Shown: positions 16,891 to 30,517 of the stretch, piece by piece
Layout of the letters: every line of letters starts with the position of its first letter
Numbering within the stretch: the stretch's first letter is position 1
Assembly: GCF_009914755.1 (NCBI RefSeq)
Contig: NC_060935.1
DNA length: 64,000 nucleotides
Source of the DNA: the human T2T-CHM13v2.0 reference genome, Homo sapiens
Direction: 5' to 3' (one strand)
Made by a program: the position numbers and the translations under genes
The notes under the pieces: generated by a model
What the model saw: only the letters and a program-made list of their open reading frames with translations
Database searches by the model: none
Told to the model about the DNA's origin: nothing

Positions 16891-17559
16891 AAATCTGGTT
16901 CATTTTCTTCCTGACACACAAACTACAGTTCCCAGCTTCTCCTGCAGCTGGCTAGGTCCCTGTGGCCATGTGACCTGTTCTAGCCAATCAAATGTGGGCA
17001 GAAGGAACATGTGCTCCTTCCGTGGCATTCCTATGTGCTGTGATCTGGAAGGCCACATGTTGAGGATGGCAGGGCTCCACGATGGAGGGATCTCAGGTTT
17101 CAAAGTCACTGCAATGCCAGAGAACTGCATGGGAGAAGCACCCAACCAAGGACATTCATATTCAACTTGCATGAGCAAGAGATAAACTTGTGTTAAACTA
17201 CAGGTTTGGAGCATGCTTGTTACGGCAGCTAACCTATGCTGACTAATACAGAAGTCTTTCCTGGAAGCCCCCTGGCAGACCTGCCTAGCCAGCTCATTGA
17301 TGGCAACTGGGTGCATGCTCCCCACTGAGTCACTGGTGGGTGGGATTGGTATCCAAACCATATCAAGGTTTGCCAGCAGGAAGAAGGTGGGAACTGATTC
17401 CGGGTAAGCAACCACAAGCAGCTGCCATATTAGTGAGGCTGAACAGCTTTTTATATATTATTGGCTAATTCCACACTTGTTTTGTCAATTGCCTCTTCAT
17501 GTCCTTTGCCTGTTTGTCTGCCATGTTTGGGGTATCCATTGACTTCTGCTATGGAAGCA

Positions 17560-17940
17560 GAAGACGCCAGGGGCCCACTTTCCCAGCCTCCCTTGCAGGC
17601 TGCAGGCTTATGATTGAGGATCTGTCATTCAGAGGCTCTTGCCTCAGGAATGGGATTAAAAGCTAATGGCCAGAGGTAGCAGAAGCCGTGCAGACTTGAT
17701 TCCAGAGAGAGTGAAAGCAATGGCAGCTGATCCGTGGCAGTGCGCAGGACCCAGTAAAAAGGTAGCCATGGTGTCTTTACTTGACCAGCTGGAGCACAGT
17801 TTCTGTTCCTGTCTGGGAGGCCTGCAAGCCTGGTTCTCCAGCCCACCCAGAAAGTCTGTGGTGGTACTTGATACTCATCCCTTTTCTGCTTAAATCAGCT
17901 AAGGTCAGTTTCTGTTGCTTGCGAGAAAAAACTATCATAT
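17560..17940 (+). mobile_element. LTR33-like ERVL LTR
   Basis: cactttcccagcctcccttgcag...ttttctgcttaaatcagctaaggtcagtttctgttgcttgc. Confidence 0.65.
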
Positions 17941-18002
17941 TAACCCTCCATCTGTATTATCTGTTACAAATCTTTTTTCCAGTTGTCAGTAGTCTTTCAA
18001 CC

Positions 18003-18006
18003 ATAC

Positions 18007-18051
<45 letters not shown>

Positions 18052-18090
18052 GTTGTATAGTTATATATATTATATATATAATATATAATA
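18003..18090. repeat. (TA)n(TG)n microsatellite
   Basis: Direct reading of tandem dinucleotides. Confidence 0.95.
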
Positions 18091-18166
18091 GCTTTCTCAG
18101 AGAGAAGTTTGAGATTCTCATGCAGCCGCATAGATCAACCATTTAGTTTCTGGTTTTCAGGTCAGG

Positions 18167-18449
18167 TTTATTTATTTATTTTTATTTATTTATTTATTTT
18201 GAGACAGAGTCTTGCTTTTTCGCCTAGGCTGGAGTGCAGTGGTACAATCACAGCTCACTGCCTCCTGGGTTGAAGTGATTCTCCTGCCTCAGCCTCCTGA
18301 GTAGGTGGGATTACAGACGACCACCACTACATCTGGCTAATTTTTGTATTTTTAATAGAGATGGGGTTTCACCACGTTGGTTGGCCAGGCCGGTCTCGAC
18401 TTATGACCTCAAGTGATCCGCCCACCTTGGCCTTCCAAAGTACCCAGCC
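18167..18449 (-). mobile_element. AluS with internal deletions
   Basis: Antisense Alu; TSD tcaggtca(g/t)gttta. Confidence 0.9.
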
Positions 18450-18618
18450 TCAGGTCATGTTTAAAAAGGCTTTCCTTAATCCAAGATTATAAATATATTT
18501 AATTAAGTTAAAAAACTTAAGTTGTTATTGGATTCAAATATTAATATTTAAATATTTTGTTTAAACGTATACAAAATTAAAAAATTCAAACACTACTACT
18601 AGGCTTAAAATTATATAA

Positions 18619-19019
<401 letters not shown>

Positions 19020-19210
19020 TCATCTTTTTCTTAAACCTTCATTTCTAAGTGAAATGGCTTCTACTCTTAATTCCTGATTTTCTTCACTTTCTGATCTCGG
19101 ATTTGAGATCTCACTTGCTACCATGAAAAATGAGACTTTATTTTCTTACCATCCACACTTCTATTATCTGTCACTGCTCAGCCTCTTTTAAATCTATGGG
19201 CCCCCTCTGT

Positions 19211-19484
19211 CTTTTCTTTTCATTTCTTTTCTTTTCTTTTCAGATGGAGTCTTGCTCACTGCAACCTCTGCCTCCCGGGTTCAAGCGATTCTCCTGCCTC
19301 AGCCTCCGGAGCAGCTGGGATTACAGGTGCACACCACCACATCTGGCTAATTTTTGTATTTTTAGTACAGAAGGGGTTTCACCATGTTGGCCAGGCAGGT
19401 CTGGAACTCCTGACCTCAAGTGATCTGCCCACCTCAGCCTCCCAAAATGCTGGGATTACAGGCGCGAGCCACTGCACCCCGCCC
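19211..19484 (-). mobile_element. AluS with ~37-bp internal deletion
   Basis: gagtcttgctc joined directly to actgcaacctc. Confidence 0.92.
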
Positions 19485-19534
19485 GTTTTTTTCTTTTCTT
19501 TATAAAAGTTGAAATACACTAGCTGGATCTAGTT

Positions 19535-19802
19535 TCGGGATGTGCATGATAATTGGATACATTCCTATAATCAAATCAGGGTAATTGGGATGTCCATCAT
19601 CTTAAATATTTATCTTTTCCTTGTGCCAGGAACATTAGGATTATTCTTTTCTAGCAATTTTGAAGTGTACAATCGATTAATGTCACCCTACTGATCTATT
19701 GAACACCAGATGTTATTTCGTCTATGTAAGTGTGTATTTGTACCCACTCATCAACCTTTCTTCATCCCCTCCTTTCCCCCTCCCCTTCCTGGCCTCTAGT
19801 AA
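19535..19802 (-). mobile_element. L1MA-like 3' end
   Basis: atcaaatcagggtaattgggatgtccatcatcttaaatatttatc...ccccttcctggcctctagtaa. Confidence 0.8.
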
Positions 19803-19937
19803 GCAGGTTGCTGTTGCAAATTACGTATTGAAGAAACTGGCGCTTTGTCCTATGGTTGCCTGCAGTCTGGATTTTGCTGGTCACGTCCCCTTAGCTTTGT
19901 TGAGCAGGCTCCCCAGTCCCTGTATTTCTTGTAATTT

Positions 19938-20128
19938 GATAGTTGGCAAACTTTTTCCATAAAGAGCCAGCGAGTAAATATTTTGGGCTTTGTGGGCTAT
20001 AACAGTCTCTGTGGCAATTCCTCAACTCTGCTGTCACAGCGAGGCCGCAGCCAGAGACAACATGTAAACAGCGGAGCAGGGCTCCGTTCCCACAGCGCGG
20101 GATCTGGGTCCCAGTTTGCACAGCCCTG
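19938..20128. mobile_element. MER58A
   Basis: gttggcaaactttttccataaagagccag..agtaaatattttgggctttgtgggc...cagtttgcacagccctg. Confidence 0.85.
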
Positions 20129-20950
20129 AGTCGAGGGTGGATCCAATCCAGGTCTGATACAGCATTTCAATGGTGATGCCGCAGCCTTCCACACTGAGGC
20201 ACTTAACACCCCATTGTTCCCAATTGCATTTTAACTGAAAAAATACAAAAAGAGATCAAAACTGAAAGTGCAGTTTCCTCATGGTCCCACCACATTTTGG
20301 AGAAGTGTATAAATGGAGAAGTGAAAGCTCCATCTTCTGCCCCTTCCCCATGAGAGAGCCTCTATTCACAGCCAGGTCAGTTTCTTCCAGACTGTTAACA
20401 TCCGTGTGAGTGCACATGTCTACACTGCGTGGAGCCTGCCTGCTTCCTGCCCCGCAGGCGTGTCTGCTGTGGGAAGGCTGGAGTTCTGACCTTCCCCCTC
20501 CCCCTCTGGGCGACAGGTGGCTCAGTTCTCTTCCCTGCCACGTTCAAGACCAGGTTGGGGGAGGGGGTGAATGTCACTATTCCCCTGACTGCCACTGTGG
20601 AGAGGGGAGACCCTCGCCCCTTTTCTGAATTTTTCCTTACCCCTTTCCTTGGAATAAAGCAAACACCAGACCCAAATGGATTTTAAGTGACACTTTCCCA
20701 AGAGTCTGGAGAGGGGACAGAGACTGGACGTGGTGTGTCCTGCCTGAGCCGAGTCATCTGGTTACGAGGGCAGGGGCAGGCTGGGGTGGGGCTCATGCGC
20801 CCCGGAAGCACCCTGGCTCCTCGCTCTCCCATGCCTCTCCCTTTATGTCCTCTGCTGTCCAGCGCCTGGGCCCCGGCCCTCCCTGGGACACCATCCTGCC
20901 CTGCCCGAGTCGTGGCTCTCCAGTCTCTTTCGGGGACTCGCCCCTGGCAC

Positions 20951-20964
20951 CCACTAGATGGCGC
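20951..20964 (+). promoter_or_regulatory. Consensus CTCF core motif
   Basis: CCACTAGATGGCGC matches CCACYAGRKGGCGC exactly, in CpG-retaining sequence; binding not shown. Confidence 0.7.
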
Positions 20965-21518
20965 TCCCGGCCACTCAGCTCCCCCTGCCTCGCTTGGGGT
21001 GGTGCTGGACGTCGGGAGCGCTGGCCTCTGCTCTGCTGATTTGCAGGTGGGAGTGCAGGGTGAGCCCGGCGCAGGGGATAGGAGGTGGGGGAGTCGAGAG
21101 CTGGAGTCAGGCGCCGCTCACGCTGGGATGACGGAGTGTTAACCTCAGACTCTGGGTCCCTTTGGGCCGAAGCTTTAAGAAAACAGGGGCAGCGAGCCCG
21201 GCGTCCCAAGGAGCCTTGCCAAACTGGGCATGGAGAACGGGCCTCCTGGATGGCCACCCGCCCAGCTGCCAAAGAGGCCGGAGAGCTGGAGCCGGGACTT
21301 GGAGGATCTTCTTCAGAGAGGCAGGAGGGCGGTCCGAACGTGCCCCCACCCCTGACCTCAAGCCCATGTGGAGAGGGCCAACAGAGCCTCTTGGAGAGCT
21401 GGATTTGCGTCCTCTGCAGCTTGGGGGACACGTCGTTGATGGTGACTGACACGCCCCAGAGATAGTGACATGATGATTAAGAGTGACAGCCTGAGGGAGC
21501 TGAGCGCAGCATGGCTGG

Positions 21519-21875
21519 TCTGGCAGCTGCTGTCGGTGTCGCGACCCCACCCCACTTCCCCGGCTCCCTGCCTCCTTCGCTGGAGAAGCATCCTCAGCCA
21601 ATGGAGCCACAATACCTGGTACGTTCAGGCGACGCCCACAGCCCACGGCTAACTGTACAAAAGACTGTTCCCTCGCCTGCCTCTAGATGGCGATACCTCT
21701 GCCCCAGGGCCCCCTGCATATCTGCCAGAGCTGTATTTACCCTGGGACCACGCCTTTACCGAGTCCTTTCTCCTTCCCCGCCCCTCTGCCCTCACATCCT
21801 GGGCGGCTTGTCCCAGGATGAGCCCTCCCCTAGTAAATCCCTGTCTTGGGCTCTGTTTTCAGACAGCTGAAGGCA
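21519..21875 (+). mobile_element. 5' LTR (LTR16C-like)
   Basis: Starts tctggcagctgctgtcggtg; ends aatccctgtcttgggctctgttttc...aggca; aligns with 29867-30262. Confidence 0.7.
21680..21693 (+). promoter_or_regulatory. CTCF-like motif inside the 5' LTR
   Basis: CCTCTAGATGGCGA with upstream gactgttcc resembling the CTCF upstream motif. Confidence 0.5.
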
Positions 21876-22851
21876 GGGAACAGCAGGAGGGGCCCCAGGA
21901 AGCTGGCCCCAAGGACGGGATGCTGCAGGAGGATGCCCCGCTGGCCCCTGGTGACTGGAGCCCGTTGCGGAGGCCCCTGGCACGAGGTGGCAGAGCAGCT
22001 GCTCAGGCCTCCGCCTGTGGTCACCTGGGACAGGACTCAGGTGGACGGGGATGCCCGGCTCGTTTAATATCACTGATGTTGAGAGACAGATGGGAAAATA
22101 GCCGTGAGAAGGACGTGGAGTGGGGAGGCTGTCACTGAATACTACTGACACTTAGAAGAGGGAAAATGACAAGTTCAGGGCCACGCATCACCAATTTAAA
22201 GCAAAGTCAGGATTCCTTGGCAGAATTTAACGAAATGCTTCTCTTCTATAGCCAGGGGTCAGAGGGCAGAAGACAAGGTGCAGGACTCCAGAGAAGGCCA
22301 AATTTCCAGCCCAGGGAAGTCCCTTCTCCAAAGTCAGGGCCCCAAAGGGAAGGGTGGGGTCCCTGATATCTGAGATGGACTATCTGAGGAGACACTCTTG
22401 AGACATTGAACCCCCAGATTCTCCTGTACCTCCTGGCCTGCAGAAGTGACCCATTGCCTCTGTTGGAAGACAGAGGTCCTCTTTTGCTTAAAGACCATGC
22501 AGAAACTAAGGGAAGGGACCTTACAAGATAAGGAGTTCCTCTCTCCAGCATCTGTCCCCACCTCCCCTCCTGACCACCAGGCTCAAAGCTGGATCATATC
22601 TCAGCATGACCTGACCAAGGATGTGCTTTGCATGCCAGGGACCAAGAGGGATTAACAAGCAGAGGAGTGGTGGGAGCAAGCCAGCAGGGACCAGCCGGGT
22701 CTAGAGAATGTTCCTAGATGTGGACTCTGAAGGTTCTAGATCAAGGGAGGCTGCATAGTAGCTGGAGACTGGAGAGTTAATTAGTACAGAAAGACTCCCT
22801 AACCCCTAAAAAGGCCCTGGGAAGATTCTAATATGTTGCTTGGGAGGGTTC

Positions 22852-23147
22852 TTTTTTTTTGAGACAGAATTTCTCTCTGTCGCCCAGGCTGGAGTACAGT
22901 GGTGCGATCTTGGCTCTGCAACCTCCACTTCCCAGGTTCAAGCGATCCTCCTGTCTCAGCCTCCCGAGTACCTGGGATTACAGGCATGCACCACCATGCC
23001 CAGATAATGTATTGTTTTTTTTTTTTTTAGTGGAGATGGGATTTTGCCATGTTGGCCAGGCTGGTCTCGAACTCTTGACCTCAAGTGATCTGTCCACCTT
23101 GGCCTCCCAAAGTGCTGGGATTACAGGTGTGAGCCACAGTGCCCAGC
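22852..23147 (-). mobile_element. AluS
   Basis: Full antisense Alu inside the gag relic. Confidence 0.95.
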
Positions 23148-23284
23148 ACTTGAGGCAGTTCTTGAAAGCTTGGAAGAAGTGATAGTGCATAGGCGATGAA
23201 GTGGAGATGTCAGAACAGCCCTGGAGGAAGGTATGCAAAGTCTCAGAGAAGTGGACACGCCAGAATGGCTCTTCTATTGTAGGT

Positions 23285-23708
23285 TGTACAGGAAAACAGT
23301 GTGACAAGAGTGATGCCATCTTAAAACCGCCATATGATGATGAATGTTTCACCCCCATATACCAAGCTGCTCTGCAGTAAGCTCTTTAAACAATGCCTGT
23401 ACCATACATAACCCTTTGTAAAGATGCTTAGCTAACCCCCTCCCCAAGTGGCTATGAGTTTTGCATTAAAATCGGAGATATGGCCACCTGCACATGTTTT
23501 ACCCTAAAAGCTTGCTACATAAAAGTACTTTCTGCAGGGCAGATGTGGGGATCTACCATTTTGTGGCAGCCCGGAACATCGCTTCTGCTCCTAAGTCCCT
23601 ATTAAATATTTCTTTACAAGAAACTGGATTTGTCAGCCTCTTTCTTCAGCCTCTCAGCTCCCTCGGCCTTTGCAGGTAGATTTGCACAGACCTGTTCACC
23701 ACGAAACA
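23285..23708 (+). mobile_element. LTR47A-like solo LTR
   Basis: TG...CA ends; tgtacaggaaaacagtgtgacaagag...taagtccctattaaa...aaactggatttgtcagcctctttc. Confidence 0.85.
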
Positions 23709-24348
23709 GGGTGGAAAACCCACCAGCTGGCCATGTTCTTTGGAAGGTTCCAGCTCTTTACCCAAATGATAAGGCCTGAGCTGTCGAGGAGACATTGGCG
23801 TTGCTGAGCAGCCCTGTGAGGGTTGCCCTCGGTGGCCTGGGCCTGGCAGGGGTGGGCTGCCATGGATCTGAGCTCTCCCATAGCCACAGGGACAACTGGA
23901 TTCCCGAGTAGCACAGGTCAAAGGGCAGCACTTAACTGTCTGTCACAAGCAAGGGGGTGAGAGGATCAGAATGGACAGCAGGGTTGGGACAGCCGCGGGG
24001 GAGCCTGCCCTGCCCAGCCTATGGAGATGGCTCATAGGACATAGCATTTCCAGGGGGAAGGTGTCTAGGCAGCCGGCAAGGATTTTGTTCAACAAATAGA
24101 ATGAAAAGCAACCAAGAATCGATGAGCAGAAGTCCAAGGCCGGATGCCCCAACAGAAAGGAATGATCCCCTGCTGTTTCCAAATCTGAACTTGTTCTCAA
24201 TCTCAGAATCCATCAGTGGAAGAGGGGCAGGTCCCAAGAGGAAGGACCCCGCAGCCATACCATCCCCCAGGACTGTATCGGTTTCCTGGGGCTGCTGTAA
24301 AAACCTGCCCCAGACTGGGTGGCTTAAACAATAGAAATGCATTGTCCT

Positions 24349-24700
<352 letters not shown>

Positions 24701-24888
24701 TCAGCAGGGCTGGCTCCCTCCGAGGGCCGTGAGGGGTGTCTGCGCTGCCTCTCTTCTAGCTCCCTGGCAGTCTTAGGCGCTCCCTGGTTTAGAGATGCAT
24801 CACCCCGACCTCTGCCTTCATCTTCCCGTGATGTTCTGCCCATGTGCTTACTTGTCTCTGCGTCCAAATTCTCTCCTTGCCCCACCCA

Positions 24889-25136
24889 TTTTTTGTTTTT
24901 TGAGACAGGGTCTCACTCTGTCTACACTCCAGGATGGAGTGCAGTGGCACGATCATGGCTTACTGCAGCCTCGACTTCCTGGGCTCAAGCGATCCTCCCG
25001 TCTCAGCCTGCTGAATAGCTGGACTATAGTTGTGCACCACCACGACAGCCTAATTTTAGAAATTTTTAGAGATGGGGTCTTGCTGTGTTGCCCAGGCTGG
25101 TCTCAAACTCCTGGCCTCAAGGGATCCTCCCACCTC
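24889..25136 (-). mobile_element. AluJ, 5'-truncated
   Basis: Antisense J-type Alu lacking its first ~40 bp. Confidence 0.9.
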
Positions 25137-25360
25137 CAATTTCCCCTTTTTATAAGGACACAGTCGTAATGAATTAGGGCCTATCCTAATAACCTCATCT
25201 TAGCTTGATCATCTGCAAAGACTCTATTTCCAAATAAGGTCTCATTCACGGTCCTGGGGATCAGGATTTCCCCAGTACCGGGGGAATGGTGGAGGCATGA
25301 TCCAACACATAACAGGGAACTTAGCCATTTTCTCCAGCAGCCGTACACTGGGAAGAGGGC

Positions 25361-25793
25361 ATGGCCAGCTCTGGTCCTGTGGGAATTGGGTGGATGGAGT
25401 TAGAAAAGCAGGGGATTTATGGAGGTAGTACCTGTGACAGGTAAAGGAGGGGGCAGGAGGGGGCTGGGGACTTTCAGGCTCTGAGGAGGGTCTGACACCT
25501 GTGAGAGGAGATGGGGAAGGAAGGAGGATTGGGTAGGAAAAGCCTTGGACTGCAGTGCAGCTTGGAGGGAGTCTGGCCAGCCCAGCAGGGGCTCTGGAAC
25601 CAAGATTGCTCAAAGAGGAGTCCCACGTTGGGAAGGAATGCCAGGGTCTCCTACCCCTGCTGCAGGTAGGCACTGGCTGGGAGCTGCCTGGGGCAGCATG
25701 ACCTTGGCTCAAACACTGTCACCCATTGTGGAGGCTGTCAGCTCACTGCCCTGTGGCAAGGGGGTGCTGAGTGGCATCTCCAGGGCTGCCACA
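25361..25793 (-). mobile_element. LTR16A/B-like solo LTR, antisense within the provirus
   Basis: ggtctgacacctgtgagaggag...ggaaggaggattgggtagga...cttggactgcagtgcagct; ends gctgccaca. Confidence 0.75.
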
Positions 25794-26224
25794 AGGGGGT
25801 TTCCCAGATCTTTCAGGGACTTTTGGATATAGGGTTCAGATTGACATTGACACCCAGGGACCCAAAGGCTGTCATGTTAACCATAGAGTAAAGATGTAAT
25901 AGGAACCAGGTAATAAATGGAGTCCTGGCCTAGGTCCATCTCACAATAGGCCTCCGGTGTGTCCAGAGACGTACCATGTGGTCATTCCCCCAGCTCCTGA
26001 ATGTGTAAATGGAGTAGAAATTCCTGGCAGGTGGGAGAACCTTCATGTTGGTTCCTTGACCTATAGCGTGTGAGCTGTAGCGTTAGGCCCGATGGAAGCC
26101 CCTGAAACTGCCTTTCTCCTGCATCCCCCTCCCCACTGCCCCAGAATACGACACAGTCAATATTGCATTTGTGGAGGAAGGACAGAGATTAGTGCCATCT
26201 TCAGAGACTTAAGAATGCAGAAGA

Positions 26225-26536
<312 letters not shown>

Positions 26537-26648
26537 TCATAACTCTATTGAGCACACCAGTGTGGCCCCTGCAAAAACCATGTGCATTGATGCATTGTGG
26601 CATTATTGGAGAACCACGAATTTAACAGAGTGTTCTCCCCAAGTGTAT

Positions 26649-26938
26649 CTTTTTTTTTTTTTTTTTCCAGAGACAGGGTATTGCTGTGTTACCCAGGCTA
26701 CTGGAGTGCAGCTGCACAATCCTGGGTCACTGCAGCCCTGACCTCCTGGGCTTAATAGATCCTCCTGCCTCAGCCTCCCGAGTAGCTGGGACTACAGGTG
26801 TACACTAGCATGCTTGGCTAATTTTTGTATTTTTTGTAGAGATAGCGTCTCCCTACTGAACTCCTGGGCTCAAGTGATTCTCCTGTCTTGTCCTCCCAAA
26901 ATGCTGGGATTATGGGCATGAGCCACCGTGCCTGGCCC
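26649..26938 (-). mobile_element. AluJ
   Basis: Antisense Alu; TSD agtg(t/c)atctt. Confidence 0.9.
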
Positions 26939-28155
26939 GCGAGTGCATCTTCTCTGAGAAATGGAGCATCTTTGCTGGAGCTGGGTAAGGTCATCACGGA
27001 TCTATAGGATGCAGCTGTGTACATTCACGGCCTTACCCCAGGGCTACGTCAATTTTCCTGTTCTCTATCACAACATAGTCTGAAGGGATCCAGCCCATCG
27101 GGGCAGCCTCCAGGCCACCACATTGGTCAGTGCCAGGAGCAACATCGTGTTAACCAGACCTACAGAGCAAGAAGCAGCAGGTCCCTTGGAAGCTTTCGTA
27201 GAATATGTGGGGGAGGAGGATGGGGGGTTAATGGGAAGGCTCAGGGGCTGCCATGCTGTAGGGGTTTGACGGGGCCAGTGGTCTGGCCATGTCGGGCTAT
27301 CTCCTGCAAAGTAAAGGGTGGTTACTGCACCTGTCCTTCCTACCACGTGGAAGGAGGCACGACTTCTGGCGGGACTCTTTGAATTTGGGGGTGGCATACT
27401 CAGCACTTGGGAATCCAGTTTTGGCCCATTTCTTGAGTGACACAGAAGGCTGCTAGTTTGGAGATGCAGTTCTATGAGCAAGTGTGCTTGGGACATGTGA
27501 CTCTGCAGACCCTGTGCTACACGGGGTGTCTGTAGTGGAGAGGGTCACCACACGGTGTCCCTGGCAGGCCCCAATAGGAAAGCCACAGTGCAGACCCCGA
27601 GGGTGCTGGAACAACGCCACGCCATCTGCAGCAGAGAAGGGCTCTGGATGTGTCCCCAAGCCCTGGGAGAAACTGAGCATCTGACCAGGGGACATCAAGT
27701 GATCAAGTGGACACAGCTTTTCACCATGAGCTGACGAGTCACCAAATCACAAGGCCAGGCATCCGTCATGAGGCACAAGTGGCACATCAGGGATTGGGCT
27801 CCCAAAGGTCCCCAAGGCAGGAGCTACGTGGTCCAGACCCCCTGCCTCTGGCCATGCGGCACCAAGGCCTCCCCTCAGCTCACATCCTGGGGGGTTTTCC
27901 TGTGACCAGCGGAGATAGGCTGCAGTCTCACCCCAGCGGACGTGTTCCTGCGAGCTGAACGCGTGTGGCTGCTGCACCACAGCCCTCCCAGGGAGGCCCT
28001 CAAAGACAGCGGCAGGCCGTCGGCAGTGCAACTGGTGTGTGCACTTGTGCAAAGAGAGAAGTGGCTTGAGGAAAGAATGTACATGGGCTTGTGGACAGTG
28101 GACAGTGGCTTAGCTGGTGGGTCAGGGATCTAGAAGGAGCAAGACTGGAAGTTTA

Positions 28156-28462
<307 letters not shown>

Positions 28463-29866
28463 TCAGGAACAAGAAGGGCTGGGGGAAAGGCATGTGTGTA
28501 GGCTGGTAGGACAGGCATGAAGAGTGAAAATCTTGATCTCAGATTAACATCCGAGAGTATCCCGTGCGGAAGAGACACTGAACAACCAAATGGACAGGAC
28601 GACCCAGTTGGCCTTCATCCTTGGCTGCCATAGGGCTTGGGCAATGGGCTCACGAGTGGAACTGTCATGGCGGCAGAGACGGCGGCTACTCCTGGGCCCA
28701 AGAGCACGTGCCTCTACTTATCGAGGCTGACACGGTTACTGCCACCTCTGCGTGTCTGATCCGTCAGCAACTGAGACCAACGCTGAGCTCCCAGTACTGT
28801 CCCATTCCCTTGAAATGACTGGCCAGCCACTTAGTAGCAAACTGATTTCACAGGACCCCTTCCACCCTGGAAAGGGCAGAGATTCACTCAGTTCCATCAG
28901 CCCGATTCCAGGAATGGGCTTGCAGTTCCTACTTTTGGGGTCTCTGCCAACATCACTCTCTGAGGGCTCGCTCTCTAAGTGGCTGATTCTCCTACACAGG
29001 ATTCTGAATGACATCACCTAAGGCCAGGGGATTCACTCTGTGGGGAAGCAGGTGCGGCAGTGGGCACGTGACCGTGGGATCCGCCAGCCCTACTGCAGAT
29101 CACGTCTTCTGGAATGCCAGCCTGGGCAGCCGCAGAATGGCCTCTGGGATCACAGCTTTGAGGTGATACCAGGTCACTATCCCTCAGGGTGTGATTGCTC
29201 CTTAAACTAAGCAATTATAAGGCACTGTGTTCACTCCAGGCAGCATAAGGGTTAGGAGTGGCCCTATTCGCCATTTCCCCTGTGACCCACATTGAGGAAT
29301 CTGTGCCTCCTATCCCCACGCCATTAGGCTTTGTCCATCAAGAAGTCCTGGTCCCTGAGGGAACATGGCTTCCATAGGGGATATGGTGAGGGTCCCACCA
29401 AGCTTGAAGCTCTGGTTGCTGCCTGGTGCCTTTGGGCTTCTGTGCTAGTGGCCCAGCAGGTATGGAATGAACGTTCTACACAGCACGGGCCAGGGATCCC
29501 GATCAGCAGAGGGAGGAATGCAGCTATAGGATGGGGCCTATATGTAAATTGGCACATACAGCAACCATGGCGTGATCAGGCCATGGCAACCAGGGCCTCA
29601 GACCCCTCAGGGATGAGAGTCTGGGTCGCCCCACCAGGCAAGGCCCCAGCCCAGCAGAGAGTAAGGGAGGAGTCAAGGGGGCCGATGGCATGGATCAGTT
29701 AAGGCCTTGGGGTCAGTGGCAGCAATGGGGTCCCTAGTCCTTCGCAAGAGCCTGCCTTGTGGCGGTTTCCCCAGGGAGGGTTTCTGACCGTCCTGGAGAA
29801 GCTGGGCCTGCACAGAGTGGACTCTATGCGAGAAGCAAACAGGTCTGAATGGTGCAAAGGGTGGGC

Positions 29867-30262
29867 TGTAGTGGACAGTCTGGTGCCTGGCCCAGACCCC
29901 TTCACCTGGCCAGGGCACATGTCCGTCCATCAGCAGCTGCAAGAGGGACTGCTAGTGGCAGGGAGTTTCCCGTCTTCTCCACACTTGACCTCAGCCAATG
30001 GAGCTGCTCTTCCTGCGGTGTAAAGTCCCCTTCTCACTGCAGTGACAGGCCACAGCCAGTGGCTGAGGAATCAAGGTGACAAAAGACCAGCTCCATTGCT
30101 TCAAGCTGGGACAGCCCTGCAGTGGGGTTTACTCTCTAGAGCCTCCTCGGATCAGAACCTGAGACTCAACTTGAGGGCACGTGCCTGCCTGGCCTGCACC
30201 CCTCCCTCATCTGCTTCCCTCACTTCCTGAGAGCTTCTCCTGCAGAGCGGTCCCTGGTCAAT
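29867..30262 (+). mobile_element. 3' LTR (LTR16C-like), 3'-truncated
   Basis: Preceded by PPT-like gcaaagggtgggc; starts tgtagtggacag; contains ctgcttccctcacttcctgagag. Confidence 0.75.
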
Positions 30263-30279
30263 GACCAGAACAGGAAGAT

Positions 30280-30517
30280 CCAGAGACAGAGCCCATTGAT
30301 GGAGCCTGGGCGGAGCCAGTGGGGAATAGGGAGTGATGCTGAATAGGTATGAGGTTTTCTTTCAGGCAAGGAAAATGTTTTGGAACTTGATAGAGGTGGT
30401 GGCTTTAAAACATCGTGAGGGTACTAAATGGCACAGAAACAGTACACTTTAAAATGGTTAATTTTATGTAACACGAATTTCACCCCAATTTAAAGAAATA
30501 GATATAAGAAAAAAAAG
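30280..30517 (+). mobile_element. L1MB 3' end, sense orientation
   Basis: gaaaatgttttggaacttgatagaggtggtgg...gtacactttaaaatggttaattttatg, followed by an A-rich tail. Confidence 0.85.

Larger units (their letters stand above)
16088..17250 (+). mobile_element. MLT1J-like MaLR LTR, interrupted by an AluJ
   Basis: aactacagttcccagc...ggccatgtgacctgttctagccaat...ends gctgactaataca; degenerate TSD ctaaa.ctg..cattttctt around the Alu. Confidence 0.75.
21930..24270 (+). pseudogene. ERVL gag relic (stops, frameshifts, nested Alu and LTR47A)
   Basis: Peptides PWHEVAEQLLRPPPVVTWD..QVDGDA, LKAWKK, FPNLNLFSISESI.GRGAGPKRKDPA resemble ERVL Gag. Confidence 0.75.

Noticed and set aside
20793-21452. Longest ORF (219 aa, minus strand) and overlapping 179-aa and 151-aa ORFs
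   Set aside because: Pro/Ser/Gly/Arg-rich with no recognisable domain; overlapping open frames are expected in GC-rich, stop-poor DNA.
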